A stretch of DNA of 64,000 nt from Candidatus Binatia bacterium (GCA_038245295.1 JBBRSP010000003.1:332354-396353); one strand, 5' to 3'; positions 36,887-48,556 are shown, numbered from the stretch's first letter. The notes: generated from the letters alone by a model not told the origin. Made by a program: numbers and translations.

Positions 36887-39040
36887 TCACTGAACTCCAG
36901 GGACGCTAGTGAAGATACACGCCCCATCCGGTCCGGTGCAGAAGTTCTCGACCCGTCCGTCGGTTCGCAAGAAGGCATCGATCTGCGCCTGCGTCTCGGC
37001 GAGTTTACGCACCGCCCCGTGAACTCCGTTCTCGAAGGCAGGCGGCGTGTTTGTCAGGGGATTAGCGGTGCCGCCAACATTGTACGCGACAAACGCCGAG
37101 CCATCGAAAGGTGCGGCGATCTCCGGAACGCCGAACACGGGATAGACGGTCGGGGCCACAGCCGGGATGCCAAGGCTGCGTACCTGGATGCCGGCGGCGA
37201 TGGGTGACACCTGTGAGTCGTTGACGCCAATCTGCAGGAGAACCTTTTTGAGCGGATTACCCGGGAACGGGTTGCTGACAATGTGGTGCATGTACCCGTT
37301 CGGCTCGCCGCGATCCCAGAGCTGCTGGATCAACGGGAAGATCAGGACCCGATTGAGCTCGTCGGGATAAGCCTGGTTGGCAGCGAAGCTGAACGGGTTG
37401 AAGTCGATGCTGCGCTGCAGGAGTGTACTGTAGTTGGCGCCGACGACGCCGAGCACGCCGCGCTTGATGTCTGGCGACAACGCAACGACAGGGCCGCCTT
37501 CGACGCCGCCCTGGCTGTTGCCGTAATAGAATACTTCCTGCGTGTTGAGGACACCGTGCCCGTTCACCTGGAAGGCCGCGTGTGAGTTGAAACCGTTGGC
37601 CGAGTTCATGAGGCGGCCGAGGAAGATGAAGTTCAGGAACGCCTGCTGCAGGCGATCCGGCAGCTGGCGGAAGTTGCTGAAGTCGCCGATGAGGCGCAGC
37701 GTGTTGGTGACGTCGCCTTCCGACAAGCCGATGAAGTAGGTGCCGGCCGCCACGAAGTTGTAGCGATTGCTGAGCTGCTGCAGGTGGCCGGAGTTGACTT
37801 CGCTGGGGCTGCCGAGAAGGCCGTGACCGTAGACCATGGGACGAGCCGGCTGCGGGTCTGCACCTTCCAAAGCGACGCGCGGGATGTTGGCGATGAAGGT
37901 CGCCTCCATGGTGCCGTTCTGTACCGGCAGGCCGTTGGCGTCGAGGTTGTAGGTCGCCGGCGGTGTCGTCTTGGTCATGAAGTTCGGCACGGTGAACGTG
38001 CCGGTCACGCGGCGGGCGATGTTTTCGTTTACGTTGTCTTCTACCTGAGTGACGGTGAACGGCGGTGCCCCCGGACCGTTGGCGGCGATCGCTTGTTCAC
38101 GGATCGACAACATGCGCCCGGTGATCGCTTCATCGCTGGCCGTGACGAAATCCCAGGCGATGACCAGGTCGTTGCGCGTCACGTTGGCATTCCCCAGACG
38201 GGTGAAGATGTCTTCGAAGTGGCCGCGGCGAGCATTGATGGCCTGCACCGGCGTGTTGAGCTGGTCGCGGAGAATCTGGAAGGCGCGGCTCGGCTGAATC
38301 GAAGCGCCGGCGTCGTTCTTCAGATGGCGGATCGCCACGATGTAGCGATGCGCATTCTTCAAACGAATGCCGGGCCGAATGATGAACGCTCGTGTGGCCA
38401 CTTCCATCGCCTGCGCATCGAGCTCGGTGAAGTGGATGATATGCTCGCCGGTTTCGGCATCGATGAGGATGGTTGGGCTATCGGCATCGAGGGAGCGCTG
38501 GAAGTTGGTGACGCTGGCCGTCGCGGAAGCGGTTGTGTCGACGCCGGTCGGGAAGAGGGCGACAATCATCGAGCCCGGGCTGAAGCCGTCGAGCGTATTC
38601 CACTCGACCGGGTTGATGTGTACGCCACGCACATTGGCCGGCATCGATTCGCGCACGTAGTTCATCTTGTAGCCGGTTGGCGTCGACGCATCGGTCTTGA
38701 GGAAGTACGACGAGGGGTAGGGCAGCAGGCAGTTGCCGGTGTTGAGGAACTCACAGGGGACGGTGGCCGAGTCGAGGGCGCAGAGCGGCTCGGCGGCGGC
38801 GACGATGGGGCTCTCACAACCTGGGATCGCCGTCCATGTCGGCGTGGCAGACGGCTGCGGCGTGCGTGTCAGGGTCTGGGTGCTGGTGGCGGTGGTCGTT
38901 GCGGTCGACGTCGCCGTGATCGTAGCCGTAGCGGCGGCCGGCACGGATGCGGCATCGTCATCACCGCAGCCGGCAAGCGTCAACGCGAGCAAGCCACAAC
39001 ACACCCAAGCGGCCAAGCCGCGATACGTAGTCTGCTTCAT
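36887..39040 (-). CDS. Lipoprotein, putative extracellular alpha/beta hydrolase
   Basis: Lipobox LAGC, Thr-rich linker, LDGFS, YGHGLLG, nucleophile elbow YYGNSQGG. Confidence 0.75.
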   Translation of the reverse strand: MKQTTYRGLAAWVCCGLLALTLAGCGDDDAASVPAAATATITATSTATTTATSTQTLTRTPQPSATPTWTAIPGCESPIVAAAEPLCALDSATVPCEFLNTGNCLLPYPSSYFLKTDASTPTGYKMNYVRESMPANVRGVHINPVEWNTLDGFSPGSMIVALFPTGVDTTASATASVTNFQRSLDADSPTILIDAETGEHIIHFTELDAQAMEVATRAFIIRPGIRLKNAHRYIVAIRHLKNDAGASIQPSRAFQILRDQLNTPVQAINARRGHFEDIFTRLGNANVTRNDLVIAWDFVTASDEAITGRMLSIREQAIAANGPGAPPFTVTQVEDNVNENIARRVTGTFTVPNFMTKTTPPATYNLDANGLPVQNGTMEATFIANIPRVALEGADPQPARPMVYGHGLLGSPSEVNSGHLQQLSNRYNFVAAGTYFIGLSEGDVTNTLRLIGDFSNFRQLPDRLQQAFLNFIFLGRLMNSANGFNSHAAFQVNGHGVLNTQEVFYYGNSQGGVEGGPVVALSPDIKRGVLGVVGANYSTLLQRSIDFNPFSFAANQAYPDELNRVLIFPLIQQLWDRGEPNGYMHHIVSNPFPGNPLKKVLLQIGVNDSQVSPIAAGIQVRSLGIPAVAPTVYPVFGVPEIAAPFDGSAFVAYNVGGTANPLTNTPPAFENGVHGAVRKLAETQAQIDAFLRTDGRVENFCTGPDGACIFTSVPGVQ

Positions 39041-39198
39041 GGTTCGGGCCTCCTCAGTTGATTGGACGCGGCTCAGTATCACGAACGCCAAGCCGCTGGC
39101 CATTGTCGCGTCACTGTCCGGTCGAGGTTGGCGGCTGTGCGGGATGGTTCGCCGATCAATCGGGAATCCCGCATGCCCGCCATTTACGGCGCAGGCGA

Positions 39199-40122
39199 CT
39201 AGCTGCGGGTCACCGAGGATACGCCCGACGGATGGGCTTCGTGTGTAACCTTGGTGTGGGGTGGCACCGACTCGACGATCCACATGTTGCCGCCGATCAC
39301 CGAGCCCTCACCGATGACCGTGTCGCCGCCGAGAATCGTGGCGCCGGAGTAGATCGTCACGTTGTTCTCGAGCGTCGGATGGCGCTTGCGATTACGCACC
39401 AAGGCGCCATCGCGATCACGCGGCAGGCTGATCGCCCCCAACGTTACGCCTTGGTAGAGCTTGACGTTGTCGCCGATCACGGCGGTCTCACCGATGACCA
39501 CGGCCGTACCGTGGTCGATGAAGAAGCTCTTGCCGATCTTGGCGCCGGGGTGAATGTCGATGCCCGTTTTTCCGTGGGCGTGTTCGGCGAGAATGCGCGG
39601 CACCATCGGGACCTGCTCCTCGAACAACTCATGGGCGATGCGATAGGTCGTAATCGCTTGAATGGTCGGATAGCTGAAGATGATTTCTTCGACGCTCTTG
39701 GCCGCTGGGTCGCCCTCGAAGGCGGCGCGCACGTCGAGGTTCAGCAGCTCCCGGAGATGTGGCAACTTATTGAAGATGCGTAACACGACCTGCTCGGCCC
39801 ACGCCGGGTCGGGCGGCACCGTGCCGCGCGAGCATTGGCATTCCCAGTTCTGGGCCCTGGCAATTTGCTCGACGAGGATCTCATAGGCCGGGTGCAGGTG
39901 CTCGCTGAGAGCATAACGCAGGTTGCCCTTGTTCAGCGGGCGCCTGCTGTAGAAGCCCATGTAGATGACCGGCTTCAGGTGATTGAGCGCTTCGATTACG
40001 GCGCGTCGGTTCGGCAGAGCGGCGCTTTCGAGGCTGTCGATCTCGTGGCCGCTGTTGTAGCTGTCGGCGACCTGGTCGATGACGCCCTCGAGATCGGCGT
40101 AGCGGCTAAGGGTGGTGCTCAT
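39199..40122 (-). CDS. cysE: Serine O-acetyltransferase
   Basis: GDPAA, TGIDIHPGA, FFIDHGT, YQGVTLG, KRHPT. Confidence 0.95.
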   Translation of the reverse strand: MSTTLSRYADLEGVIDQVADSYNSGHEIDSLESAALPNRRAVIEALNHLKPVIYMGFYSRRPLNKGNLRYALSEHLHPAYEILVEQIARAQNWECQCSRGTVPPDPAWAEQVVLRIFNKLPHLRELLNLDVRAAFEGDPAAKSVEEIIFSYPTIQAITTYRIAHELFEEQVPMVPRILAEHAHGKTGIDIHPGAKIGKSFFIDHGTAVVIGETAVIGDNVKLYQGVTLGAISLPRDRDGALVRNRKRHPTLENNVTIYSGATILGGDTVIGEGSVIGGNMWIVESVPPHTKVTHEAHPSGVSSVTRS

Positions 40123-40213
40123 CGGTTCGCTCCCTTGTGTTGGGCCTCGGTGGGGTGAGGCGGCGACGGCAGGGACAGCAAGGCATGCATGGACGGCAAC
40201 GAATCCGGATGCA

Positions 40214-40990
40214 TCAGTAGTTATCTTTCATCTCGCGTGTCTTGGCGAAGATGCCTACGTCGTCGAGGGTTTCGTTCGGAAACCGTTCTTGGATGGTGGC
40301 GCGCAGTTCCGGACTGACCCAGCGGAAGAATGGGTTGGTGTCTTTCTCCGAAGCGATGCTTGTCGGCGTCGTCGCGTTGCCGGTGCCAACCTGTTGTTGG
40401 ATCCAGGCGTACTTGTCCTGAAGTCGACGATTGCTTGGCTCGAGGGTGAGGGCGAAACGCAGATTCTTCTCCGTGTATTCGTGACCGAAGTACACCTGCG
40501 TGTCGTCCGGCAGAGCCATGAGTTTGCTGAGCGACTGCAGCATCATGGCCGGGTTGCCTTCGAACAGGCGGCCGCAGCCGCCGGCGAAGAGAGTATCTCC
40601 GGTGAACACAGCCTTGTCCTCTTCGAAGTAGTAGGCGACGTGGCCGGTAGTGTGGGCTGGGATGAAGACGATGCGGGCATGCAGTGTGCCGACGGAAATG
40701 CTGTCGCCCTCGGCGACTTCGTCGGTCGCACCGGGGATCCGGTCGCGCTGGCCGCTGTAGGCGTACACGCGCAACCCGGGGAAGTGTTGCAGCAGGTCGA
40801 GGTTACCGCCGACATGGTCGAAGTGGTGGTGCGTCGGCAAGATCGACTTCAGGGTGCAACCCTCGCGGCGCACCGCTTCGATCACCGCAGGGGCCTCGGC
40901 GCAGTCGACCACGGCGGCCTCCTGGGTCGCCTCGTCGATGATCAGATACGCGAAGTTGTCGGACAGTTGTTTCACCACGACGACACGCAT
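40214..40990 (-). CDS. gloB: Hydroxyacylglutathione hydrolase (glyoxalase II)
   Basis: DNFAY, THHHFDHVGG, GDTLF.GGCGR.FEG, GHEYT, EK.TNPF. Confidence 0.95.
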   Translation of the reverse strand: MRVVVVKQLSDNFAYLIIDEATQEAAVVDCAEAPAVIEAVRREGCTLKSILPTHHHFDHVGGNLDLLQHFPGLRVYAYSGQRDRIPGATDEVAEGDSISVGTLHARIVFIPAHTTGHVAYYFEEDKAVFTGDTLFAGGCGRLFEGNPAMMLQSLSKLMALPDDTQVYFGHEYTEKNLRFALTLEPSNRRLQDKYAWIQQQVGTGNATTPTSIASEKDTNPFFRWVSPELRATIQERFPNETLDDVGIFAKTREMKDNY

Positions 40991-41084
40991 GCGTTCCTCC
41001 TTTCGTGATCCATGCCGCAGTGCCTACGTAGGCACAAGATGAGCCCCTTCGGGAAGGAGGAATGCTCTTTCCCGCTTTCACGCT

Positions 41085-42092
41085 TCACTCTTCCCCCTTC
41101 TTCTCCAGCCGTCGTACCCGCCGTAGCAGCTCGGGCAGCTTGAGCACGGCTGCCGAGACGCGACGGAAAGCGTGGATATCCATGGCCGGATATCCCGAGA
41201 CAATGGCGCCGGGTGCCACATCATTGGGAACACCGGCCTGGGCTCCAACCTGCGCCCCGTCGCCGATGTTCAAATGCCCGGCCATGCCGGCCTGACCACC
41301 AACGCGCACGAATCGGCCGATGCGTGTGCTGCCGGAGAGGCCGACCTGGGCTGCCAGCGCCGAGCCTTCGCCGATCGAACAACCGTGGGCAATCTGCACC
41401 AGGTTGTCGATCTTGACGCCGCGGCGCAGGATCGTGGCGCCGACCGCGGCGCGGTCGATTGTCGTATTGGCGCCGATCTCGACGTCGTCCTCGAGAACGA
41501 CATGACCAGCCTGGGTGATCTTGCGGACGCTGCCGTCGTTGCCGAGGACGTAGCCGAAGCCGTCGCCGCCGATGACGGCGCCGCATTGTAAAATAACTCG
41601 ATCCCCGAGGACGACGCGCTCGCGCACCACGACGTTGGCGAAGGCGCGGAAGTCATGGCCAACCCGCACCTCGGGATAGAGTACGACATGGGCATCGAGG
41701 CGGGCGTTGTCGCCGAGCACGCAGCCTTCGCCGATGACGCAATAGGGCCCGACACGCGGGTTGGCTCCGAGCCGGGCGGTTGGCGCAATGACGGCGCTCG
41801 GGTGGATCCCGATGAAGCTTGGTGGCGGCGTGTAGAACACGTCGATGGCGTCGGCGAAGCTGAGATATGGATTGTCGGCGCGCAGGCAGGGAAGGGGAAC
41901 ATTTGCTTCGGAATGTCCGACGATCACCGCCGCCGCGGCCGTATCACTCAGATACTTGCGGTAACGCGGATTGGCTACAAAGCTGATCTCGCCCGCCTGC
42001 GCGTTTTCGATCGGCCCGACTCCCTTGATGTCGATGCCGCCATCGCCGTCGAGCTTGCAGCCGAGGCGCTGTGCCAATTCACCAAGCTTCAT
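41085..42092 (-). CDS. lpxD: UDP-3-O-(3-hydroxyacyl)glucosamine N-acyltransferase
   Basis: MKLGELA, hexapeptide repeats, GGDGFGY, EIGANTTIDR, KIDNLVQIAH. Confidence 0.97.
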   Translation of the reverse strand: MKLGELAQRLGCKLDGDGGIDIKGVGPIENAQAGEISFVANPRYRKYLSDTAAAAVIVGHSEANVPLPCLRADNPYLSFADAIDVFYTPPPSFIGIHPSAVIAPTARLGANPRVGPYCVIGEGCVLGDNARLDAHVVLYPEVRVGHDFRAFANVVVRERVVLGDRVILQCGAVIGGDGFGYVLGNDGSVRKITQAGHVVLEDDVEIGANTTIDRAAVGATILRRGVKIDNLVQIAHGCSIGEGSALAAQVGLSGSTRIGRFVRVGGQAGMAGHLNIGDGAQVGAQAGVPNDVAPGAIVSGYPAMDIHAFRRVSAAVLKLPELLRRVRRLEKKGEE

Positions 42093-42246
42093 CAAACCCT
42101 CCCCGACGGCTTTGGTCCCGCCCGTTCGATCATCGGAGCCGCGACCTTAGCCCGCCGCCCGCCGCAGCTGTAGGCCACCCGGGAAAACGCTTCTGGCCCT
42201 TCGATTGGCGGGTGACGTTGACCAGCGGCCCCGCCAACGGGTAGGC

Positions 42247-43622
42247 ATGGCCGGTGCGTTGCAGAAGCCTGAGGTTACCGCGGCACCGATGAAACCAGCC
42301 TCGCTGCGTGTGCTCCTCCTGAAGCCAAGCAAATACGGCGTCGACGGATACGTCGAGCGTTTCCGGCGCGGCTTCATGCCGAACAGCACGTTGCCGCACC
42401 TCAACAGTCTAACCCCGCCGCGCCACAACGATTGTGTCATCACGACACAGGCGATCGATGAGTATGTCGAAACCGATCTCGATTACTTGCGATTGCTGCA
42501 GCGCGACCGCGATCGACCGACGTTGTTGGCCCTGGTGGGTGTTCAGAGTCATCAGTTTCATCGCGCCCTCGACCTCGCGGCGTATGCGCGGCGGCATGGG
42601 GTCGAACACGTCGTTCTGGGCGGCCCCCATCCGATGACCTGCGACACCGAGTCGCTTCACGGGCGCGGCGTCAGTTTCGCCGCGGCGGAGGCGGAGATCG
42701 TCTGGCCAACGATTCTCGAGCATGCGATGGGGGAAGGGCTGCGGCCATTCTACGGCGACGACGAGCGTTGGATCGCAACGTTGGATCCGCCGGCCCTCAT
42801 CCCACCGCCGGAAAGCAACATGCGCAAGTACGCCGTGCAGATGCTCGGCATCTATCCGGCGCGTGGCTGTCCTTACCGGTGCAGTTTCTGCTCGGTGATC
42901 AAGATCGCCGGCCAGCGTATGCGCGGCCAGCCGGTCGAGACGACGAATGCGGTCGCTACGCGCGGCAAAACAGGCAGGCATCCTGCTCATCATGTTCACC
43001 AGCGACAATTTCAACAAATACCCCGAGGCTGCGGAGCTCTTGCAAGCAATGATCGACGAGCGCCTTGAGCTACCATTCTTCGTTCAATGTGACGCGCAAG
43101 TCGTCGATCAACCCGAGCTCGTCGCGCTTCTTGGACGAGCCGGCTGTTACCAGATGTTTGTCGGTGTCGAGTCGCTCGATCGGCGCACACTGATGAGTGT
43201 GCACAAGTCGCAAAATCTTCCGCAACGCTACGGCGAGCTCGTCGAGCTCTGTCGGCGCAGCGGCATCGCGGCGCACTTCTCCAACATTCTCGGCTTCCCC
43301 AGTGATACCGCCGCCAGCATCCGAGGACACATCGACGCCTTGCGGCAGCTGCGCCCGGATGTCGCGTCTTTCTACATCCTCACACCCATTCCCGGCACCG
43401 AGCAGTGCGACTATTGCCACGCCGGCATACTCGTTCCTGTCGCGATACAATGCGGCTCGACGCAGGCATCCGATGGCGGGCGGGTTGGGGCGCGTCAGTC
43501 TCGATCACGTGAACGATTACCTGCCACTGCGGCGCTCGACGTTCGACATCGAGCTGGCGCCGCTGCCGCGTAGTTTGCCGGTCGAACGGCAGGTCGTCGG
43601 CCGGCTCGCCGCACGGCGGTAG
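42247..43622 (+). pseudogene. B12-binding-type radical SAM enzyme, disrupted (frameshift near 42946, frame break near 43410)
   Basis: RGCPYRCSFC in one frame; SDNF, FVGVES, LTPIPGT in a second; HPMAGG C-terminus in a third. Confidence 0.75.
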
Positions 43623-43632
43623 GCGCGGGCTT

Positions 43633-44905
43633 TTAGCCGGCGCTGCGTTTGAAGCCGACGCGGCGTTGTCGGATGTCATCACGCGCCAGAACCAGCAGCG
43701 GAACGAGAACGCACAGGAGCCCGAATGCATCGCCGAAGCGGGCGTAGAAAGTGAGATCGCTATGCGGCTCGATGGTGCCGCGCACAGTGACGGCGTGGCC
43801 GGGGGCCGAGTGCACCGCGATGTCGCCGGTCGGCGTGATGATCGCCGATGGTCCCGACGTCGAGGCGCGGATCAGGTAGCGTCGCTGTTCGACGGCGCGC
43901 AGCCGGCCATCGGGTCCGAGCAGGAAGGCCGAGTTGAAGTGCTGCTCCGGCGTCGCGCCGAGGCGCGGTCCGCCGGCGATCAAGTCGCTGCCGTAGTGGT
44001 CGAGTAAGGAAGCCAACGCCGCCCGATAGGATGGCTCGGTTTCGATCAGGAACGTCATGGCGCTTTCCGGCCAGACTACGAGGGCGGCGGGATGATCGCG
44101 GAGGGCGTTGGCTGTCAGCCGCATGTAGGCGTCGAGGTTGGTGCCATAGAACTCGCGTTTCCACTGTGCGCCGAGATCGAGATTGCCTTGCGCAATGACG
44201 ACCGTGCCGCTCGCCTCAGCCACGGATGTGAGTTGGCGCAGGCGCAGCTGGCCATACGCGGCGACAATCGCCACGGTAGCGGCGACCGTCAGAAGGCCGC
44301 CGACGGCGGCGCGCTGCGCGGCGTCGGACGCGGCATGTCGCGCAAGCAGCAGTTCGACGATGACAATGTTCGCGGCGGCGAGGACGGCGCTGATGCCATA
44401 GACGCCGGTGATGTCGGCGACCTGCACCAACCACAGCTGCTCCACCTGTGAATATCCGAAGAGGCCGAACGGATCGCCGATGAACAATCGCGTGCGGGCC
44501 AGCTCCATGCCGGCCCACGCCATCCCGCCGAGCAACGGTAGGAGGATGCGCGGTCGCCGTGCGAGGCGCCGATAGAGCAGTGCGAAGGCGACGACGTATG
44601 GTCCGACGGTGAGAGCCCAGACGCCACCGAAAAGCAGCAGGCCGAGGATCAACGGCTGTTGGTAGTAGTCAGCAACCGCACGCGGCAGCCAAGGTGTGCA
44701 GTAGTAGCTACCGAGAAGTGTCGTGACGCCGGAAAGCACGACGGCCGCCAGCGGCCCACTCACCCTCAGCGCGCAGAACCACGGAACAAACGCGATCCAT
44801 TCAATCCACCAAACACGGGCGAGTGGGAAGCCGAGTCCATGCAAGGGCGGGCGTGATCAGCACGGCGGCGAGCCAGACGCCGAAGAGGCGGTGAGTCTTT
44901 TCCAT
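43633..44905 (-). pseudogene. lnt: Apolipoprotein N-acyltransferase with 5' frameshift and internal deletion
   Basis: GYSQ, Q.ADITGVYG.S, QGN, VVWPES, FNSA, RAVE.RR present; the YxK.LVPFGE, ICYE and NDxWF segments are absent. Confidence 0.8.
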
Positions 44906-45397
44906 GGTCGAAGCGCGAGCCCTCAGAGCATGGCGCGGGGTCGGTCCGCAAGCCGCGAGCCGGTGAGCGGACGGTCCAGCCAAGTTCAGGAAGATCCCAT
45001 GCGAAACCGCAAAGAAGCGCGCGCGGCAAGTTTTCGCCGTTCTTGCCACAGCGCTACGACGCAATAGGAGGCCCGCAGAGCCCCGCTCGGCAGCCGGGAT
45101 GGCTTACCCTACGCACCCAAACTCAACGTTTTTCGGCAATCTGCGACGACACGCGCTGAAATGATTGAGCTTTCAAGCCGCTCGACGAAGCGATGGGCGG
45201 CGATCTCAGGAAGAGGGGACGGCGGAATGGGCCATGACTGATATCCTGCTGGAACGCCCGACGGCCTGCGCGGCTTTGCCCCAGGTAAAGCCGCCCTGCG
45301 CGAACCCCCTAACGTTATGACCCATCGTTCACTTTCCGCTCGTCACGCGGTGTGGCCACCTTGACCCGCGGCGTCTGGGCTGGCACGACCGGCGGCG

Positions 45398-45889
45398 GTG
45401 GAGGCAATCGACAAACAAGAGGTGCTGCGGTTGCTGCGGCAGCGACTGGCGGATCAGTTGGCGACGCTGACGGCGTCGCAACATGCGGCGCAGTCCGGCG
45501 CCACCCACGAGGAGAGTCGGCAGGAGCATCCGAAGGACACCCGCGCCATCGAAGCGCAGTACCTGGCGCGCGGCCTGGCCAGTCGCGTCGAAACATTGCA
45601 CGCGGCCGTGACCCGACTGACGAATCTGCGCCTCGACAAGTTTGGCGAGGCGGACGAGATCGGCCTTACCGCCCTGGTGGGTGTGTCGAACGACCAAGGC
45701 GAGCCGGCGGTCTACTTCGTCGTGCCGGTCGGCGGTGGCGAGACGATCCCCATCGGTGGCTCCTCGGTGCAGGCGGTTACACCCACCTCGCCGATCGGCC
45801 GTGCGTTGATCGATCGACAGGTCGGCGACGAAGCGACCGTCGAGCTGCCCGGCGGACGTTCGGTGCTGGCCATCGACTGGGTCGCCTAG
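45398..45889 (+). CDS. GreA/GreB-family elongation factor-like protein
   Basis: ATHEE...DTRA.EA.YLA.G; TP.SPIGRAL.....GD C-terminal motif. Confidence 0.8.
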   Translation: MEAIDKQEVLRLLRQRLADQLATLTASQHAAQSGATHEESRQEHPKDTRAIEAQYLARGLASRVETLHAAVTRLTNLRLDKFGEADEIGLTALVGVSNDQGEPAVYFVVPVGGGETIPIGGSSVQAVTPTSPIGRALIDRQVGDEATVELPGGRSVLAIDWVA

Positions 45890-46134
45890 TTCTATGAGGC
45901 TGGCGGAACCCGGCTAAAGAGACTGTCGTAAAACCAAAGTAGAGCAACGTCATCCCGGTGAAAACCGGGATCTCCCAGTGCTGGAAGCCTCGAGATCTGG
46001 CGAGATACCGGCTTTCGCCGGTATGACGGATAGGTCTGCTCGGTTTTAAATATGGTTTTCGAGTAAATCGACACACTCTAAACGCGGAACGCGCAAACCT
46101 ACCGAGTTGCAAACACGCCCTCGTGGCTCAGATG
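45886..46134 (+). repeat. Duplicated tRNA leader plus first 18 nt of tRNA-Arg (att-like site), interrupted by a MITE
   Basis: 46088-46134 matches 48528-48574 at 45/47 nt; CTAGTTC(T)TATGAGGCTGGC shared upstream. Confidence 0.85.
45919..46078. mobile_element. 160-bp GAGAC-ended MITE, 4-bp TSD TAAA
   Basis: TAAA|GAGACTGTCGTAAAA...GTAAATCGACACACTC|TAAA; one internal inverted REP pair; absent from the paralogous 48487 copy. Confidence 0.9.
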
Positions 46135-46887
46135 TTTACGCGGTCAAAGCGATTCTCAGATCAAAGTCGAAGTCGTTCTCAAAGCCCGGTGCCTCCGAGA
46201 AGATCGGCAGAAGTTCGATTGCTTCTAGGCACGCTGCCGCCACTGATTCCGCGCTACCGACATTGGTTATGTACCACCAGCTTTCCCCACCTGCCTCAGG
46301 CGGCCCGGCGACCCAAATTGTCACCCAGGGAACCCGGCGGGGGTTCAGCTTGCGGTCCAGAATGATGCCAAGCTGCCAGAGATCTTCGCTTGGCTGCGTC
46401 GGGTCAGGGAAGCGCCGTCGCTTCGATTCACGCCTCCATCTACTTCTGCCCCCGCGCTGGTCATGACGGGCTTCGCTACCAGCGGCCGCGGATGAGTACA
46501 AGCCGAGCCGTCCGCGGGTCGTGCTCTAGTTTGAATTGGTCCTCGCCGATGGTGCATCTGGACAGGGACCAGCGAGTGCGAAGCCAACGGTCCCGACCGT
46601 TTCGGGAATCCCGACGCTATTCATGCAACACTCAGCGCTTGCAGAAGGACATGCCGAGCCAGGAGTGGTGCCGAGATTGATTGCAACCATGGCGGCCCGT
46701 TCATCAATCGTAACGTCACCATCCCACCCTCGCTATCGCTGCAAGGCACTCGCGAGATTGACATCGCTCCGCTTCTGAAGGCAAGGGAGCGCACGCCAAC
46801 TGGGACGGCAGCTGAACCAGTGACTTTCCATCTGGAATCTCCGGCAACGGCAGTCGTTCTGCGACGCAGACACGAGGGGGGAAGACC

Positions 46888-48327
46888 ATGTTCATCAGAA
46901 TGCTGCGCGAGTGCGCTTTCGGATTCACCTGTTTGGCCATGCTGTTGTGGGCGGTGCCGGCAGTTTACGCCGCACCGGTCTCGACGATGACCTGGCGCAC
47001 CGAAGCCGCCCCGAGCGGATTCTGCGTACTCGGAACTTTCGACAACGCCGCGTTCAACGTCTTCGGAACGACGGTGAATTTTGGTACGCAGGCGGGCGGT
47101 TTCTCCTGCACCGGTAGTCTGGTCGGCCCGGCCTTCATCGGCCACTGCGACTCGCAGCCGGATGCCAGCCAATGGGGCTTCGACTTTTCGGTCCCGGCAT
47201 CGCTAACGTTTCAGCCCGGGATACCCACTCCCTTCGTCGGCATTTCGTCGAACGTCACCGGCACCATTGCTACGGCGCTGGGCAATCTGACGTACACGCT
47301 CGACGGCACGGATACGCAGCGGGGTGTAATGTTCCCTGCGACGACCATTCCCGGCTGCCCGATCGTCGGAGCGGTGGACGTGCACGACGGCATCGGCGGT
47401 CTGAACGCCTTCCAGAGCACGGCTACCGGAACCGGGACCAACGTGGCGCTCAGCACCACCAGCACGTATACCGATCCCAACACCGGCAACCCGACTTCCG
47501 CCGCCGTCGATATCACCTTCGACAATGTTACCAGCGGTGGCAGCACCCTCGTCACCGCCACCTCGAATGCCGCCGGCGATCTCACCAACAACTTCAAGGT
47601 CGACATCGGTGGCTATCAGGCGACGTTCATCGACGTCACCACCACCGCCTCCTTCAGCAACAACATCACCATCTGCCAGCACTACAACGATGCGGACAAC
47701 GATGGCTACGTGGACGGCACCGGCGTGCTCGAAACCAGCCTGCGCTTCCTGCACAGCGAAGGTGGTACGTTCGTCGATCGTACCTTGAATCCGCCGGACC
47801 CGATGAACAACATCATCTGCGCGCAGGTAACCAGCTTGTCGCCGTTCGTGATCGGTGTGGCCGTGGCGATGCAGTCCACACACGATGGGGTGGTGCTACC
47901 GCCGTTGCCGCTCAAGGTTACCATCCCCAAGGGCAAGACGGAGCTGGCCAAGACTCTCAAGGTGAAAGTGCAAAATGCGGATTTCAGCGACTCGACGGGG
48001 CATACGGCGCATCTGTCGATCAGCGCCAGCACGTGCCCGGCCAGTCTGTTGCTCGATACGCTGCACGCCGCCGTCGTCCCTGATTTCAATGCCAAGAGCG
48101 CCGGTTCGCAGGATTCGACCAACGTGCTCCCCGGCAAAGTGGTAACCGCTCGAGTGGCGCTGACCCTCAAGCGCGACGACTTCACCAGCGCCAGTGCCAA
48201 ATCACCGCTGCGTTGCACGATTACCTTCACCACAAGCACCATCGCGCCCGGTACGGTAATCGACCCGAATGTGTCGAACAACACGGCAAAGGTGGAGATC
48301 GACGTGATCGATCGGAACGATTTCTAA
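46888..48327 (+). CDS. Secreted multidomain protein of unknown function
   Basis: GAGGGGG RBS, signal peptide, beta-rich domains, DADNDGYVD Ca-binding-like loop. Confidence 0.8.
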   Translation: MFIRMLRECAFGFTCLAMLLWAVPAVYAAPVSTMTWRTEAAPSGFCVLGTFDNAAFNVFGTTVNFGTQAGGFSCTGSLVGPAFIGHCDSQPDASQWGFDFSVPASLTFQPGIPTPFVGISSNVTGTIATALGNLTYTLDGTDTQRGVMFPATTIPGCPIVGAVDVHDGIGGLNAFQSTATGTGTNVALSTTSTYTDPNTGNPTSAAVDITFDNVTSGGSTLVTATSNAAGDLTNNFKVDIGGYQATFIDVTTTASFSNNITICQHYNDADNDGYVDGTGVLETSLRFLHSEGGTFVDRTLNPPDPMNNIICAQVTSLSPFVIGVAVAMQSTHDGVVLPPLPLKVTIPKGKTELAKTLKVKVQNADFSDSTGHTAHLSISASTCPASLLLDTLHAAVVPDFNAKSAGSQDSTNVLPGKVVTARVALTLKRDDFTSASAKSPLRCTITFTTSTIAPGTVIDPNVSNNTAKVEIDVIDRNDF

Positions 48328-48556
48328 TGAGGTAGGCGGATAGCCAGCATTGACGCCCGATTTGATTGTGAGCCACACAAGGTAGAGCGTTTGATCCGCC
48401 TTGATTCTTCGTTCAAAACGAGGCGTGTGTGCAGTGGTTATCACGGATGGGGCCGATGCCTTGGATCTCCACGTGAAGTTTCCGGGCTAGTTCTTATGAG
48501 GCTGGCATCCCCCGCCCAAACGGGGTAAACGCGCAAACCTACCGAGTTGCACACAC

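Noticed and set aside
42935..42955. Programmed frameshift in the radical SAM gene
   Set aside because: No slippery heptamer, and a second lesion downstream favours decay or error.
45060..45340. Possible ncRNA with hairpin GCGGCTTTGCC...GGTAAAGCCGC
   Set aside because: A single hairpin with no terminator or family resemblance is insufficient support.
46136..46501. Minus-strand ORF inside the islet
   Set aside because: No clear start or motif; could be a gene remnant but cannot be supported.
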